DNA from: Candidatus Bathyarchaeia archaeon
GTDB taxonomy: Archaea; Thermoproteota; Bathyarchaeia; Bathyarchaeales; Bathycorpusculaceae
Reading direction: 5' to 3'
Assembly: GCA_038882975.1 (NCBI GenBank)
Contig: JAVZNE010000012.1
Location: forward strand, 1-30,772
DNA: 30,772 nucleotides
The position numbers and the translations under genes are program-made. The notes beneath the pieces are model-generated. The model ran no database searches and was not told the origin of the DNA. It worked only from the letters and a program-made list of their open reading frames with translations. This document shows, one piece after another, positions 16,023-26,106 of the stretch. Numbering within the stretch: position 1 is the stretch's first letter; every line of letters begins with the position of its first letter.

Positions 16023-16580
16023 TTGCCTAAACGGGTTCTACTGATAACAGGCAGTCCAGGCATAGGAAAGACAACACTTTTGCTCAAGGTTGTTGATGCT
16101 TTAAGGGCTAGGGGCTACAGCGTCGGCGGGATGGTGAGCCGCGAGGTCCGCTCATGTGGAACACGTGTTGGCTTTGAAATTCTAGACTTGGCTGACAACA
16201 GCAGGCGTGGATGGCTTGCCCACGTAAACCAAAAAACAGGCCCACAAGTGGGCAAATACCGAGTAAACTTGGAAGACTTGGACAGTGTGGGTGTTGAGGC
16301 AATTTTAAGGGCTATTAGGGAACGTGACGTCATAGCCATAGACGAGATAGGTCCCATGGAGCTTTTCTCAGAAAATTTTAGACAGGCAGTTACAAAGGCT
16401 TTTGAAAGCGGCAAACTTGTCATAGCTGTTGTCCACTGGAAAGCCCGCGACAAACTAATAGACGCCGTAAAGACTTGGAAAGACGCTGAAATATTCAATG
16501 TCACCTTTGGAAATAGAGATGAACTGCATAAGGCAGTTGTACAGGAAGCCGAAGAATTCCTTAAAGCGCTGAAACGCTAA
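16023..16580 (+). CDS. Nucleoside-triphosphatase THEP1 family (NTPase_1)
   Basis: ITGSPGIGKTT, RVGFEI, VGKYRV, IDEIGPMEL. Confidence 0.93.
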   Translation: MPKRVLLITGSPGIGKTTLLLKVVDALRARGYSVGGMVSREVRSCGTRVGFEILDLADNSRRGWLAHVNQKTGPQVGKYRVNLEDLDSVGVEAILRAIRERDVIAIDEIGPMELFSENFRQAVTKAFESGKLVIAVVHWKARDKLIDAVKTWKDAEIFNVTFGNRDELHKAVVQEAEEFLKALKR

Positions 16581-16636
16581 AGTTTTAACCATCCCAAACC
16601 CATATTGACCTATTAGCGATTTGAAGGAATCCTCCA

Positions 16637-17299
16637 ATGTTGGTTGCTGGTGTCGATGATGCTGGACGCGGCTCTGTCATAGGGCCATTGGTAATCGCTG
16701 GAATCCTAATAGATGATGGAGACATCCAAAGACTCGTCCAGCTAGGCGTTAAAGACTCAAAGCTCCTTTCGCCCAGCAGAAGAGAAATGCTCGCAGTTGA
16801 AATTAAGCGTGTAGCCAAAAAGCATGCCGTTGTGAAGCTTTCGCCATCAGAAATTGACAAAGTCGTAGAAAGGGGCAGAAAGCTCTATAGGCTTAATAGG
16901 TTGGAGGCGCAAGCGATGGCGAAAGTCATAGAGCTTCTTAAGCCCGACATCGCCTATGTGGACGCCTCAGACGTTTTGGAAGAACGCTTTAAACAACAGA
17001 TTTTGGAGTATCTACCCTTCAAGGTTGAGATAGTCTCTGAGCATAAGGCTGACCGCAAATATCCGGTTGTTTCAGCCGCCTCAATAGTAGCCAAAGTTGA
17101 AAGAGACCGTGAAATAGCTGAGTTAAAGGCCAAATATGGCGACTTCGGATGCGGCTACCCAACAGACCCGAAAACTTTGGATTTTCTCCGCCGATGCCTG
17201 GAAAGCTTTAAGGGGTACCCTGATTTTGTGAGGAAAAGCTGGAAACCAGCGAAGAAGATTAAGCGGGAAAACGACGCACAGCAGACAAGACTTGGCTAG
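16637..17299 (+). CDS. rnhB: Ribonuclease HII
   Basis: GVDDAGRGSVIGPLV, VKDSKLL, LNRLEA, YVDA, HKAD..YPVVSAASIVAKV.RD, GYP.D, RKSW. Confidence 0.96.
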   Translation: MLVAGVDDAGRGSVIGPLVIAGILIDDGDIQRLVQLGVKDSKLLSPSRREMLAVEIKRVAKKHAVVKLSPSEIDKVVERGRKLYRLNRLEAQAMAKVIELLKPDIAYVDASDVLEERFKQQILEYLPFKVEIVSEHKADRKYPVVSAASIVAKVERDREIAELKAKYGDFGCGYPTDPKTLDFLRRCLESFKGYPDFVRKSWKPAKKIKRENDAQQTRLG

Positions 17300-18240
17300 A
17301 GCTTACACAAATCTTCTGGGCTCTTAATTTTCGATATTTCTTCGCTCTTGATGCATGAAATATCCTCATCTAGTCGAGGCTTCTGCCCGTCTGTCACGAG
17401 GACTGGGTGAGCTTGAACAACCTTGCTTAGGCTTAGGATTTCCTCAACTCTGCGGTTTAATGTTTCCTCCTTGCCGTTTGCAACTCCGCCAATAATTTTC
17501 ATGTTCTCCTCCGGGACTGTTATGACAAAGTCGAAGGGCGCCTTTCTAACGGCTACTATGTTGTAGCCTGCAAGCTTCCTGAAAATTCTCTGGAGAAGTT
17601 TGTTTCTGGTTATTATGCGCCTTGCTCTAGCCATAAAGGTTTTCCGCTGGCTTTTATGAGCCTCAAAAATGTTGACTGGTTTTGCAACTGGAATCCCCAA
17701 CGTGCAGAGCAGATTATAAGCCACCGTCACTGAGGCCTTTGCCATGCCCCGTTCATAACCATAAAGCGTCCTTCTCGAAATTCCTATTTCCTCCGCCACT
17801 TCGCCGATGGATAATCCCAACTCTTGTCTTCGTCTTTTGATGGCTTCCCCGTCGATTTCCACATAGTAGCCGCCGGGACCAGCTTGAATAAGGGGGTAAA
17901 TTCCCCTTAAGACAATGTTTTCAAAAGTTTTTGGCGTTATGGCTAAAACATTGTATCGTGAATAAACCGTGTCGTCTTCCAAGGGTTTTTCACGGGTTTT
18001 CTCGCTGATGAAAAGCGATGCCGCTGAGATGTGTTCTGAAATTATCCTCAACTCTAGGGAGTCATATGGGGAAACGCATCCAATATCCGGCTGAACTTTA
18101 ATGAAAATTAGGGATTCTTCCTTCCTTGCTGCTATGTCGAAGCAGCTTGGTCTTGAACAGCACCTCTGGGAGACGGTGAAGCCACCCTCCCTCAGTATGG
18201 ATTCTGCAGCCTTAACCTTCCCCATCTCCCTATAAGTCAT
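17296..18240 (-). CDS. Archaeal HTH (XRE-type) transcriptional regulator with nuclease-like folds (COG1395-like)
   Basis: SCFDIAARK, LEDDTVYSRY, GPGGYYVEIDG, HTH LSIGEVAEEIGISRRTLYGYERG, KAPFD. Confidence 0.88.
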   Translation of the reverse strand: MTYREMGKVKAAESILREGGFTVSQRCCSRPSCFDIAARKEESLIFIKVQPDIGCVSPYDSLELRIISEHISAASLFISEKTREKPLEDDTVYSRYNVLAITPKTFENIVLRGIYPLIQAGPGGYYVEIDGEAIKRRRQELGLSIGEVAEEIGISRRTLYGYERGMAKASVTVAYNLLCTLGIPVAKPVNIFEAHKSQRKTFMARARRIITRNKLLQRIFRKLAGYNIVAVRKAPFDFVITVPEENMKIIGGVANGKEETLNRRVEEILSLSKVVQAHPVLVTDGQKPRLDEDISCIKSEEISKIKSPEDLCKL

Positions 18241-18304
18241 CGGCTACTCACAAAAGAATTCACGTCGCTCTGAAATATAAAGGATATGTGCCTTTGCTTT
18301 CACT

Positions 18305-18994
18305 TTATTTTTTAGCCACTATCATGGCGTGAGCCTTGTCGTAGGGCTCCAAGTGAACAACATCCTCTATGTTAAAGCCTCTTTCTTCAAGGACACGAAC
18401 TTCCCGTTTGTAGATTTCAGAAGGCTCCTTTGTGACGTCTATGCTTTGGGCTTTGACGGCGAGCATTATCCATCCCGGCTTTTTTAGGAAAAGATCGGCG
18501 TTATCAGCCAAAATTTTTGCTTGTTCAGGTTGGGCTATGTCGCAGTATATATCGTCCACTTTGCCGCGGATGAAAATAGCATATTTTTCTGGAAAGCGGG
18601 CGTCCTCAAGTATGGGCATCATGTTAACTCTGTGGGCGCAAACGTTGTTAACCAGCTCCCTTATGGCTCTTGCTGCAAACTCAACACAGTACACGTAGCC
18701 CTTCTCTCCTACTATGTCGGAGACGTGGCTGGCTGTTGTGCCAGAAGCCGCGCCCAAATAGAGCACTTGGTGGTTCGGCTTTATTGGAACAGTCTTTATT
18801 TCCTTTAGAATGGCTGCCGCGAGCTTGCTTCTGTAAGGGTCCCAGAGGCGGTATTCGACGCCTTCAAAGCGTACAAGCTTCTCGCCGTAAACCGTTCTTC
18901 CTGGCGCGAGATTTCGTGTTGCAAGTTTTTGGCTTCCATCCTCCAGGGTGGCTACGAATATTTGGGGGAATTGGGGATGTGGTTTAACGTGCAT
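18305..18994 (-). CDS. flpA: Fibrillarin-like rRNA/tRNA 2'-O-methyltransferase
   Basis: VYGE, YRLWDPYRSKLAAAI, VLYLGAASGTTASHVSD, DIAQPEQ, LEPYDKAH. Start set to ATG 18994, overlapping the nop5 end. Confidence 0.96.
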   Translation of the reverse strand: MHVKPHPQFPQIFVATLEDGSQKLATRNLAPGRTVYGEKLVRFEGVEYRLWDPYRSKLAAAILKEIKTVPIKPNHQVLYLGAASGTTASHVSDIVGEKGYVYCVEFAARAIRELVNNVCAHRVNMMPILEDARFPEKYAIFIRGKVDDIYCDIAQPEQAKILADNADLFLKKPGWIMLAVKAQSIDVTKEPSEIYKREVRVLEERGFNIEDVVHLEPYDKAHAMIVAKK

Positions 18995-20207
18995 GCTTGC
19001 CCTTTCTCCACTTTTTCTCTTTGGCTTTAGGCTTTTTCTCTGGCAATTTTGGAGGTTCAGCGTATTTTTGGCGAATTTCCTCAACCCGCTTTTCCAAGTC
19101 AGCCTTCAGCTCTTCGCCTATGTATCTTCCGCCGAAGGCGTCGGTTCTCGCGGCTATGGCAAGCTTGCCAGCTAAAGCACGGGCTATCTTGCCCCTTTGC
19201 CACTTTTTGGCCTCATGAAGAAAGGCGTGTTGAAAGATTATCCCATGCTTCGGCGGCTTAGTTCCAGTCTTAAGCGAGCGGAACAGCGCCTTCTCAGCGC
19301 CGAGAACCTGCAGTGTACTGGCTGGCATCTTAGCCAAATTTGTTAATCCGCCAGCCAAAGCGATAAGGCGGGCGCCGAGAAGCGCTCCAGTTAAGGCTTT
19401 TATATTCGGGGCAACTTCTTCCATGGCTGAGTCTATGTAGTCTTCCAGCCCCTGCCTAAGCTCATAGAGGTTTAGCACCGTCTTGCCCAAGTCTTGGATT
19501 TGGGCTAGGTCCACTTCTGCCAAGTCTGCCCCCATAGAAGCTTGGGCGGACTTTGCTATCTGCTCAGCCTTCGATTTCGGCAAGCCTTCCTTCTCAAGTC
19601 TTTCTGCTGTGAAGTTTTCCCTAACCCCAAGGTTGACGACAAGGCGGGCGTAGGTTTCATGCTTCTCCAGTAGGCGGTCAAGCTCTGGGAAATGAATGCC
19701 ATACCATTCCCGCACACGGCTCATGAAAAGGTTTATTGTCTTATCCAAGTCGTCAAGGGTTTGAATAGCCTGAGCAATTATCAAGTCCCTTTTCTCAACA
19801 GCCCTCTTAACACGGAGCTTGGCAATCTCCATTGTCACGCTGTGCGTCCAAACACGAAACTCTTCATAATCCTTAACAAAGCCCGTTTCCAGAGCGAAAC
19901 CTTCCATGTTAGAGCGAAGCAGCTCGCCAGCCTCAGAAACCCTCGAAATCTCAACCTCGACGCCAAATTTTTCCTTAACATCCGCCGCCAAAAGTGGATT
20001 TTCAAAAACAAAGGTGCCGTAACCCATACCTTTCAAATGGTTGACGAGTTCGGCAACTTCTTTTACGGCTTTTCCAGACTCTATTTCAACTATTGTTTTT
20101 GCAGTTTCATCTGGCTTTTTGCTGAAAAGCGAGTGAGCTACAAGCCTATTACCCTCGTCGAAGGCTAAAACTCCAAACAACGAATGGATTATTGTTGCCT
20201 TCATCAT
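18984..20207 (-). CDS. nop5: C/D box sRNP protein Nop5 (Nop56/58)
   Basis: REWYGIHFPEL, SMGADL, APN...L.GARLI, PASTLQVLGAEKALF, PKHGIIF, RGKIARALA and a Lys-rich tail. Confidence 0.96.
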   Translation of the reverse strand: MMKATIIHSLFGVLAFDEGNRLVAHSLFSKKPDETAKTIVEIESGKAVKEVAELVNHLKGMGYGTFVFENPLLAADVKEKFGVEVEISRVSEAGELLRSNMEGFALETGFVKDYEEFRVWTHSVTMEIAKLRVKRAVEKRDLIIAQAIQTLDDLDKTINLFMSRVREWYGIHFPELDRLLEKHETYARLVVNLGVRENFTAERLEKEGLPKSKAEQIAKSAQASMGADLAEVDLAQIQDLGKTVLNLYELRQGLEDYIDSAMEEVAPNIKALTGALLGARLIALAGGLTNLAKMPASTLQVLGAEKALFRSLKTGTKPPKHGIIFQHAFLHEAKKWQRGKIARALAGKLAIAARTDAFGGRYIGEELKADLEKRVEEIRQKYAEPPKLPEKKPKAKEKKWRKGKHAR

Positions 20208-20278
20208 CCAACCTCAGAGTTCAAGATACTATTCTATTGGGCTTGGATAGATAAAGGATTCTGAAGCGGAAATCCGTC

Positions 20279-20539
20279 TCACTTTTTGATGCGACGGATT
20301 TCGAAGACGACGGGGTTTTCCGGGTCCGGGCAAGCATTGTAGATGACGTCCTTATCTTTCGCCCATGGAAACTCCACGCCATAGCGCATGGCAAAAACCT
20401 TAGGAAGCAAAACCATTAATGCGCTGTAGCATATCTCGCCCTTAACGGATTTCCCGTCGAAGACTATTTTGTCACCCACCTTATGTCCGAAGGCGCACTT
20501 TCCCTCTTGACTTTTAACTGTAACCTCAATAACGGACAT
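20279..20539 (-). CDS. TIGR04076-family small Cys protein
   Basis: GKCAFGHKVGD, ICYSAL, ACPDPENPVVFEIRR. SD GAGGTG favours ATG 20539. Confidence 0.8.
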   Translation of the reverse strand: MSVIEVTVKSQEGKCAFGHKVGDKIVFDGKSVKGEICYSALMVLLPKVFAMRYGVEFPWAKDKDVIYNACPDPENPVVFEIRRIKK

Positions 20540-20657
20540 ATCGCCAATCCACCTCGCCATTAAGTGGTTGTCTATCCCCTTTTAGGCTTTTGCGGTTTGA
20601 AACTAAACTTTATCTCTTTAAAGTGTAATCACTTTAAAAGCAAGCGGTGAAAATCTG

Positions 20658-21581
20658 GTGGAAAATGGAGACTTAAGGGTGAATTTGGCTGGCTTATGCC
20701 TCAAAAACCCAACCATGTTGGCTTCTGGAATTTTGGGGTATTCGGCTCAAACCCTTGAACACATTGTTGAGGGCGGAGCCGCCGCTGTTGTGACAAAGTC
20801 TGTTGGTTTAAAGCCTAGAAAAGGCTATGCAAACCCAACAGTTGTCCAAACCAATTGTGGCTTAATAAACGCTGTGGGGCTTCCCAACCCTGGGATAGAA
20901 GAATTCACAAAAGACATTCGAGAAGCAAAAGCTGTTCTAGAAGTGCCCTTGATAGTGAGTGTTTATGGATTTTCAGCCGAGGAATATGCCCTAGTTGCTG
21001 AGAAAGCTGTGGAGGCTGGCGCTGATGCTGTTGAGCTTAACGTTTCATGTCCCCACGTCAAGGAGACGGGCGCTGAAATAGGGCAGAAGCCGGAAGTTTT
21101 AGCCGAGGTTGTCAGAAAAGTTAAGGGCGCCGTTGATAAACCAGTTTTTGTCAAACTTTCGCCAAACGTTACAGATATTGGGGAAATCGCAGAGGCAGCT
21201 GTTAGGGCTGGCGCAGACGCCATAACAGCCATAAACACGGTAAAAGCCATGGCAATAAATGTCGAAACCGGAAAGCCTATTCTAAGCAACCGAAAGGGCG
21301 GATTGTCAGGACCAGCAATAAAGCCAGTGGCTGTCAGATGTGTCTATGAAATTTATGAGCGTGGAATTAAAGCGCCCATAATAGGATGTGGTGGAATAAC
21401 CGGTTGGCAGGACGCTGTGGAGTTCATGCTGGCTGGAGCCACAGCCGTCCAAATTGGGACAGCCATAGCCACAAAGGGACCATACGTTTTCAGAGCGGTA
21501 GCAAGAGGGGTGAAGGCGTACCTGAAAAGGAAAGGCTTTAGGAGTGTGACTGAAATTGTTGGCTTGGCTCATAAGGGCTAA
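20658..21581 (+). CDS. pyrD: Dihydroorotate dehydrogenase family 1B, catalytic subunit
   Basis: KNPTMLASG, TKS, NAVGLPNPG, ELNVSCPH, VKLSPNV, INT, GGLSGPAIKP, GATAVQIGTA. Confidence 0.96.
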   Translation: MENGDLRVNLAGLCLKNPTMLASGILGYSAQTLEHIVEGGAAAVVTKSVGLKPRKGYANPTVVQTNCGLINAVGLPNPGIEEFTKDIREAKAVLEVPLIVSVYGFSAEEYALVAEKAVEAGADAVELNVSCPHVKETGAEIGQKPEVLAEVVRKVKGAVDKPVFVKLSPNVTDIGEIAEAAVRAGADAITAINTVKAMAINVETGKPILSNRKGGLSGPAIKPVAVRCVYEIYERGIKAPIIGCGGITGWQDAVEFMLAGATAVQIGTAIATKGPYVFRAVARGVKAYLKRKGFRSVTEIVGLAHKG

Positions 21582-22383
21582 CAAGCTAAGAACTCCACGT
21601 CTCCTAAGCGTAAAAACAGAAAGCCCGACGGTCAAAACTTTCACTTTTAAGGATAGACTATGCGCAAAAGCCAAGCCCGGACAGTTTCTAATGCTTTGGA
21701 TTCCCAGCGTAGACGAAATTCCCCTAAGCATTTTCGACACAAACGAAAGGGAAGGCTTGGTCTCCGTAGCCGTTAAAAGGGTCGGCGAAGCAACACAAGC
21801 ACTGCACAGCAAAAAGGTGGGCGACATAATAGGTGTACGTGGACCTTTTGGAAACAGTTTCACGCCGGGCATTGGCAGAATCCTCATGGTTGGAGGTGGA
21901 ATAGGCATAGCGCCACTGTTATTTCTAGCCAAAAAGCTGGCATCTTCTAAAAAGGCAAGAATTACAGTGGTTATTGGTGCAAAGACAAAAAGCGAGCTTC
22001 TGTTCTTAAAAGAGTTAAGGGAACTTTGCGGTGGGGCGAACCTTCTGGCATCAACAGAAGATGGGAGCTACGGAGTGAAGGGTGTGGCTTCAAACCTTGT
22101 CGAAGCGGTTTTAGCTAGAGAAAAATTTGACACGGTTTACGCTTGTGGTCCAGAGCGAATGATTCGAAAAATCTTCGACCAATGTGAAAAGCGTGGTGTT
22201 CATATGGAGGCAAGCCTAGAACGCCTAATGCGCTGTGCCATAGGCATATGTGGAAGCTGTGTTATAGGTAGATGCCGCGTCTGCAGAGACGGACCAATAT
22301 TCAATACTGAACAGCTTAGAAGGGTTAAAGACGAGTTTGGGCTTTGGAAACGCGACTTCGACGGGAAAAAGATACCAGTATAA
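21556..22383 (+). CDS. pyrK: Dihydroorotate dehydrogenase electron transfer subunit
   Basis: PGQFLMLW, GPFGN, GGGIGIAP, ACGPE.M and 2Fe-2S motif CAIGICGSC...VCRDGP. Exact start uncertain. Confidence 0.94.
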   Translation: MLAWLIRANKLRTPRLLSVKTESPTVKTFTFKDRLCAKAKPGQFLMLWIPSVDEIPLSIFDTNEREGLVSVAVKRVGEATQALHSKKVGDIIGVRGPFGNSFTPGIGRILMVGGGIGIAPLLFLAKKLASSKKARITVVIGAKTKSELLFLKELRELCGGANLLASTEDGSYGVKGVASNLVEAVLAREKFDTVYACGPERMIRKIFDQCEKRGVHMEASLERLMRCAIGICGSCVIGRCRVCRDGPIFNTEQLRRVKDEFGLWKRDFDGKKIPV

Positions 22384-22401
22384 AGCGGCAGAAGGCTTAA
22401 G

Positions 22402-22935
22402 ATGCCAATCACGCCCCTCCACACAACAACCCTGCTTTTCCTATACTTTAAGGATAGAAGACGCATCGACCCTTTAGCATTGGCGATTTCAACAACCTTC
22501 ATAGACCTCGAACCCTTATACTACATTTTCTTGGGCGAGCCCCTAGACCATAGGGTTTGGCACGGCTTTACACTGGCGCTAGCCCTGTACCCCGTCTTAG
22601 TGACCATTGGAGTTTACATAGCGGAAAGCCTTTTCGAAAACAAGTTATGGACGGTTTACAAGTGGGTGGGATTTAACCCCGTTAAGGCGAAGTATCCACT
22701 GTTAAACATTTATCTGCTAAGTCTCTTGGGAGGTTTCAGCCACATATTCCTAGACATGTTTACTCATCGTGAAATGCTTTGGGTTCTATACCCCTTTGCT
22801 AATGGAAATCCTTTCTACAACCGGCAAGCCGCAATAATCGTAGAAGCCACAGTAATCATATTGTCAATTTATTCGTTATGGTGTTGGTTGAAAAGTATAG
22901 AGGGAGCTACTCGTATTGGCTTTTCCCACAATTAA
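22402..22935 (+). CDS. Membrane-bound metal-dependent hydrolase-like protein (DUF4184/YdjM-like)
   Basis: MPITPLH, IDLEP, HRVWH and SHIFLDMFTH motifs with several TM helices. Confidence 0.75.
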   Translation: MPITPLHTTTLLFLYFKDRRRIDPLALAISTTFIDLEPLYYIFLGEPLDHRVWHGFTLALALYPVLVTIGVYIAESLFENKLWTVYKWVGFNPVKAKYPLLNIYLLSLLGGFSHIFLDMFTHREMLWVLYPFANGNPFYNRQAAIIVEATVIILSIYSLWCWLKSIEGATRIGFSHN

Positions 22936-22983
22936 AAAATGTAGAGGAGTATCAAATTTTTGATCGTTAGAAATGCGTAATTC

Positions 22984-22998
22984 AAAAAGGTTATATTT
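22984..22998 (+). promoter_or_regulatory. BRE/TATA promoter of ileS
   Basis: AAAAAGG-TTATATTT about 45 nt upstream of the GTG at 23044. Confidence 0.55.
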
Positions 22999-23043
22999 GG
23001 CTTGGGCTATTTTGTTGTGTTTGCGGGTGCGCTGTGATGAAAG

Positions 23044-26000
23044 GTGACCGCCAAATTCCAAGCTAGTTTTGAAAAAATGTTGAGCATGGACTACCGCCCG
23101 CTTGAAATTGAAAGAGAAATCCGCGAGTTCTGGGAGAAAAACCGCATAAGAGAAAAGCTCATGGAATATCGCGAGAAAAACAATGTGGGCTTCTCCGGAT
23201 GGGTTGAGGGACCGCCAACACTTAATGGCATACCCCACGTGGGACATGCCAGAGGACGTGTAATGAAAGACTTGTGGTTCAGATGGAAAACAATGATGGG
23301 CTATTTTGTTCCTTTCTGGGCGGGTTGGGACTGTCAAGGCTTGCCCGTGGAGCTGGAAGTTGAAAAGTTGTTAGGCGTAAAAAACAAGCGCGAACTCTTG
23401 GAGCGCGTTGGCGAAGAACGCTTCATAGAAGAGTGCAAAAAAACCGTGATGCGTTATCATAAAGAATGGGTTGAAGCCGACCGAAAACTCGGCATATTCA
23501 TAAACCAGGAAAAAGCCTACTGGACATACTTGGACAGCTACATAGAACGCGAGTGGCAGTACCTCAAACGCGCTTGGGAGCAAGGTTTGCTTGAGGAAGG
23601 CTATTATGTGGTGGCTTACTGTCCGGGATGCCAAACAAGTCTAAGCAGCGCCGAGGTTGGCTATGAAGGCTCATACGTTGAGGTTGAGGATCCGTCGCTT
23701 TACTTCAAGTTTAAAGTGGCAGATAGCCAAAACGAATATTTCCTAATATGGACGACTATGCCCTTCACAGTGGTTACAGACCTTATGTTGGCAGTCCACC
23801 CTGATGCTGAATACGCAAAAGTGCAAGTTGGCGGTGAAAAGTGGATTATGGTGAGGCAACGCGTCGAACCGGTAATGCAAGAACTTGGCATAGAAAAATA
23901 CACAATAGCTGAAACTGTTTCGGGTAAGAGCCTTGAAGGCGTAAAGTACGATTACCCGTTTAAGGATTTGATTCCCAAACAGGCGGAGTTGGATGGGCAT
24001 CCTCTCGTGCATAGGGTTGTATGCGAAGACTTTGTTGACGTCAACACAGCAACCGGTGTTGTGCACCTTTCGCCCGGAAACGGTGAAGAAGACTTTTTGG
24101 CGGCACAAAAGCGGGGCGTCCCAGTTTTTGCTCCCTTCGACGACGAAGTTAAGTTTACCGAGGAGGCTGGAGCTTTCAGCGGAGTTTTTGCAAGAGATGC
24201 AGACGCCATGGTTGTTGAAGAACTTCGCAAAAGAGGCTTGCTGGTGGAGGTTAAGACGGTGAGGCATGAGTATCCAACTTGTTGGCGCTCCCACCACAAA
24301 CTGGTTTGGCTGGCAAGAAGGGAATACTTCCTAAGAACGGACAAGATAAACGACAAGGTTTTGGAGGCAGCGGAGAAGGTCGAATACTTCTTCGAAGCCC
24401 CGAAGAACCGCTTCCTATCCTTTTTGAAAGAGGGTAAACCATGGTGCATCTCAAGAGAACGCGTCTGGGGCGCGCCATTACCAATATGGGTTTGCGAAAA
24501 ATGCGGAACAAAAACACTAGTGGCCAGCAAAAAAGAGCTTATTGAAAAAGCCCTAGAAAAGCCCCCGCCAAACTTTGAGCTCCACAAGCCATGGATAGAC
24601 CGCATAAAACTAAAATGTGAAAAATGTGGAGGCACAATGCATCGTGAACCCTTCGTCCTGGACACTTGGCACAATAGTGGAGCCTCACCATACGCAAGAT
24701 TCACAGATGAGGAATTCGCCAAATTTGTGCCGGTAGACTTCCTAACAGAAGGCATAGACCAAACAAGGGGATGGGCTAACTCGCTTCTTCTGGAACATGT
24801 AATATTGACGGGGATGGCTGAAGCTCCCTACAAGGCTTTCCTTTTCCAAGGCTTAACTCAAGACGCTAAGGGCAGGAAAATGAGCAAAAGCCTAGGCAAC
24901 ATAATCGAGGTGAACAAACTATTGGAAAAGGCTTCAGCCGACGTCTGCCGGTTCTACCTGCTGCGAAAATGCTCTCCCATAGAGTTTATGAACTTCGACA
25001 TAAACGAGATGAACCGCCGACCATACCAAGTGCTGGCAACCCTATACCACTTGAACAGGTTTTTCATACAAAACGCCGAATACGACGACTTCAACCCACA
25101 AAGGCATACACTTGAATGGGCAAGAAACAGTGGGCTGCTTAAAAAGCCAGACCTATGGCTTCTATCAAAGCTTCAGAAGGCAATAGGCGATTATACGGCG
25201 AGGCTTGGAAAATGCGAGTTTAACCTCGCACTCGCAGAACTTGAAGATTTCGTTGTCGAAACAATAAGCCGCCTATACGTGCCAATGATAAGAAGAGAAC
25301 TTTGGACAGATGACCCTGAAACCCTTAATCGCCGACTAGCCATATATGCAACCTTATGGCATGTGCTAAAAACGGTTTTAGCTCTCTTCAACCCCATCAC
25401 GCCATTCCTATGTGAAGCCCTATACCAGAAAATCTACAGACGCCTAGACCCAACACTGCCAGAATCCGTCAACTTTGAAAAATGGCCAGAGCCAGACGAA
25501 AAGCTCCGCGACAAAGTCTTAGAGGAGGCGTTTGAAATGATGCTGGAGTGTGTTTCACTGGTTTATTCTGCACGCCAATCAGCCAAACTCAAGCGGAGAT
25601 GGCCCCTAAGAAAAATGTTGGTTGTGGCGCCGGAAAAAGCCCGCAGAGCCCTCCAAAGCCTAAACGAGGTTCTCTTAGAACTTTCAAATGTTAAAGAGGT
25701 GGAATATGTAGAAAGACTTCCAGAAGAGGTTAAGGCTGAAATCAACGCGGGAAAGTGGGTTGAAGCCTCTGAAAAGGGAATAAGCTTATATCTAGACATC
25801 TATAGGGATGAAGCTCTTCTGGGCGAGGGTCTCATGCGCGACATAGCTAGAAGAGTGCAATCCCTAAGAAGGGAGCTGGGCTATATACCAACAGACATAC
25901 TAAACAGCGTCCACATTGCCGAATTAGACGAAGAAGGTATAAGGCTTCTACAGTCATACTTGGGCGAGATGGCTGAACTTGTGAGGGCTAAAGCAGTCCA

Positions 26001-26085
26001 CTTACACAAAAGCCGAGATGAAGTTAGGGCGGAGTGGCACGAGTATCCATTGGATGAAAAGAAAATCTACATTGCAATCCTCTAG
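23044..26085 (+). CDS. ileS: Isoleucine--tRNA ligase (archaeal/eukaryotic type)
   Basis: EGPPTLNG.PHVGH, GWDCQGLPVE, WTTMPFT, TGVVH, WCISRER.WG, EGIDQTRGW, KMSKSLGN. Confidence 0.97.
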   Translation: MTAKFQASFEKMLSMDYRPLEIEREIREFWEKNRIREKLMEYREKNNVGFSGWVEGPPTLNGIPHVGHARGRVMKDLWFRWKTMMGYFVPFWAGWDCQGLPVELEVEKLLGVKNKRELLERVGEERFIEECKKTVMRYHKEWVEADRKLGIFINQEKAYWTYLDSYIEREWQYLKRAWEQGLLEEGYYVVAYCPGCQTSLSSAEVGYEGSYVEVEDPSLYFKFKVADSQNEYFLIWTTMPFTVVTDLMLAVHPDAEYAKVQVGGEKWIMVRQRVEPVMQELGIEKYTIAETVSGKSLEGVKYDYPFKDLIPKQAELDGHPLVHRVVCEDFVDVNTATGVVHLSPGNGEEDFLAAQKRGVPVFAPFDDEVKFTEEAGAFSGVFARDADAMVVEELRKRGLLVEVKTVRHEYPTCWRSHHKLVWLARREYFLRTDKINDKVLEAAEKVEYFFEAPKNRFLSFLKEGKPWCISRERVWGAPLPIWVCEKCGTKTLVASKKELIEKALEKPPPNFELHKPWIDRIKLKCEKCGGTMHREPFVLDTWHNSGASPYARFTDEEFAKFVPVDFLTEGIDQTRGWANSLLLEHVILTGMAEAPYKAFLFQGLTQDAKGRKMSKSLGNIIEVNKLLEKASADVCRFYLLRKCSPIEFMNFDINEMNRRPYQVLATLYHLNRFFIQNAEYDDFNPQRHTLEWARNSGLLKKPDLWLLSKLQKAIGDYTARLGKCEFNLALAELEDFVVETISRLYVPMIRRELWTDDPETLNRRLAIYATLWHVLKTVLALFNPITPFLCEALYQKIYRRLDPTLPESVNFEKWPEPDEKLRDKVLEEAFEMMLECVSLVYSARQSAKLKRRWPLRKMLVVAPEKARRALQSLNEVLLELSNVKEVEYVERLPEEVKAEINAGKWVEASEKGISLYLDIYRDEALLGEGLMRDIARRVQSLRRELGYIPTDILNSVHIAELDEEGIRLLQSYLGEMAELVRAKAVHLHKSRDEVRAEWHEYPLDEKKIYIAIL

Positions 26086-26106
26086 CGCATCCAAAGGTCA
26101 AGCCAT

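Noticed and set aside
18995-19084. 30-aa basic N-terminal extension of fibrillarin in the ORF track
   Set aside because: It is an alternate frame of the Lys-rich nop5 tail. The conserved protein starts at ATG 18994.
23034-23095. GTGATGA box C-like motif, possible C/D sRNA given nop5/flpA in the window
   Set aside because: No suitably spaced CTGA D/D' boxes, and it overlaps the ileS initiation region.
22876-23337. 153-aa minus-strand ORF across the ileS promoter
   Set aside because: Overlaps two real genes in antisense and has atypical composition.
23952-24755. Long antisense ORFs (267 aa in ileS; also 21306-21932, 23743-24297, 19692-20168, 27113-27514)
   Set aside because: Shadow frames of well-supported genes, with no motifs or SD. 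27113-27514 also runs antisense into the tRNA.
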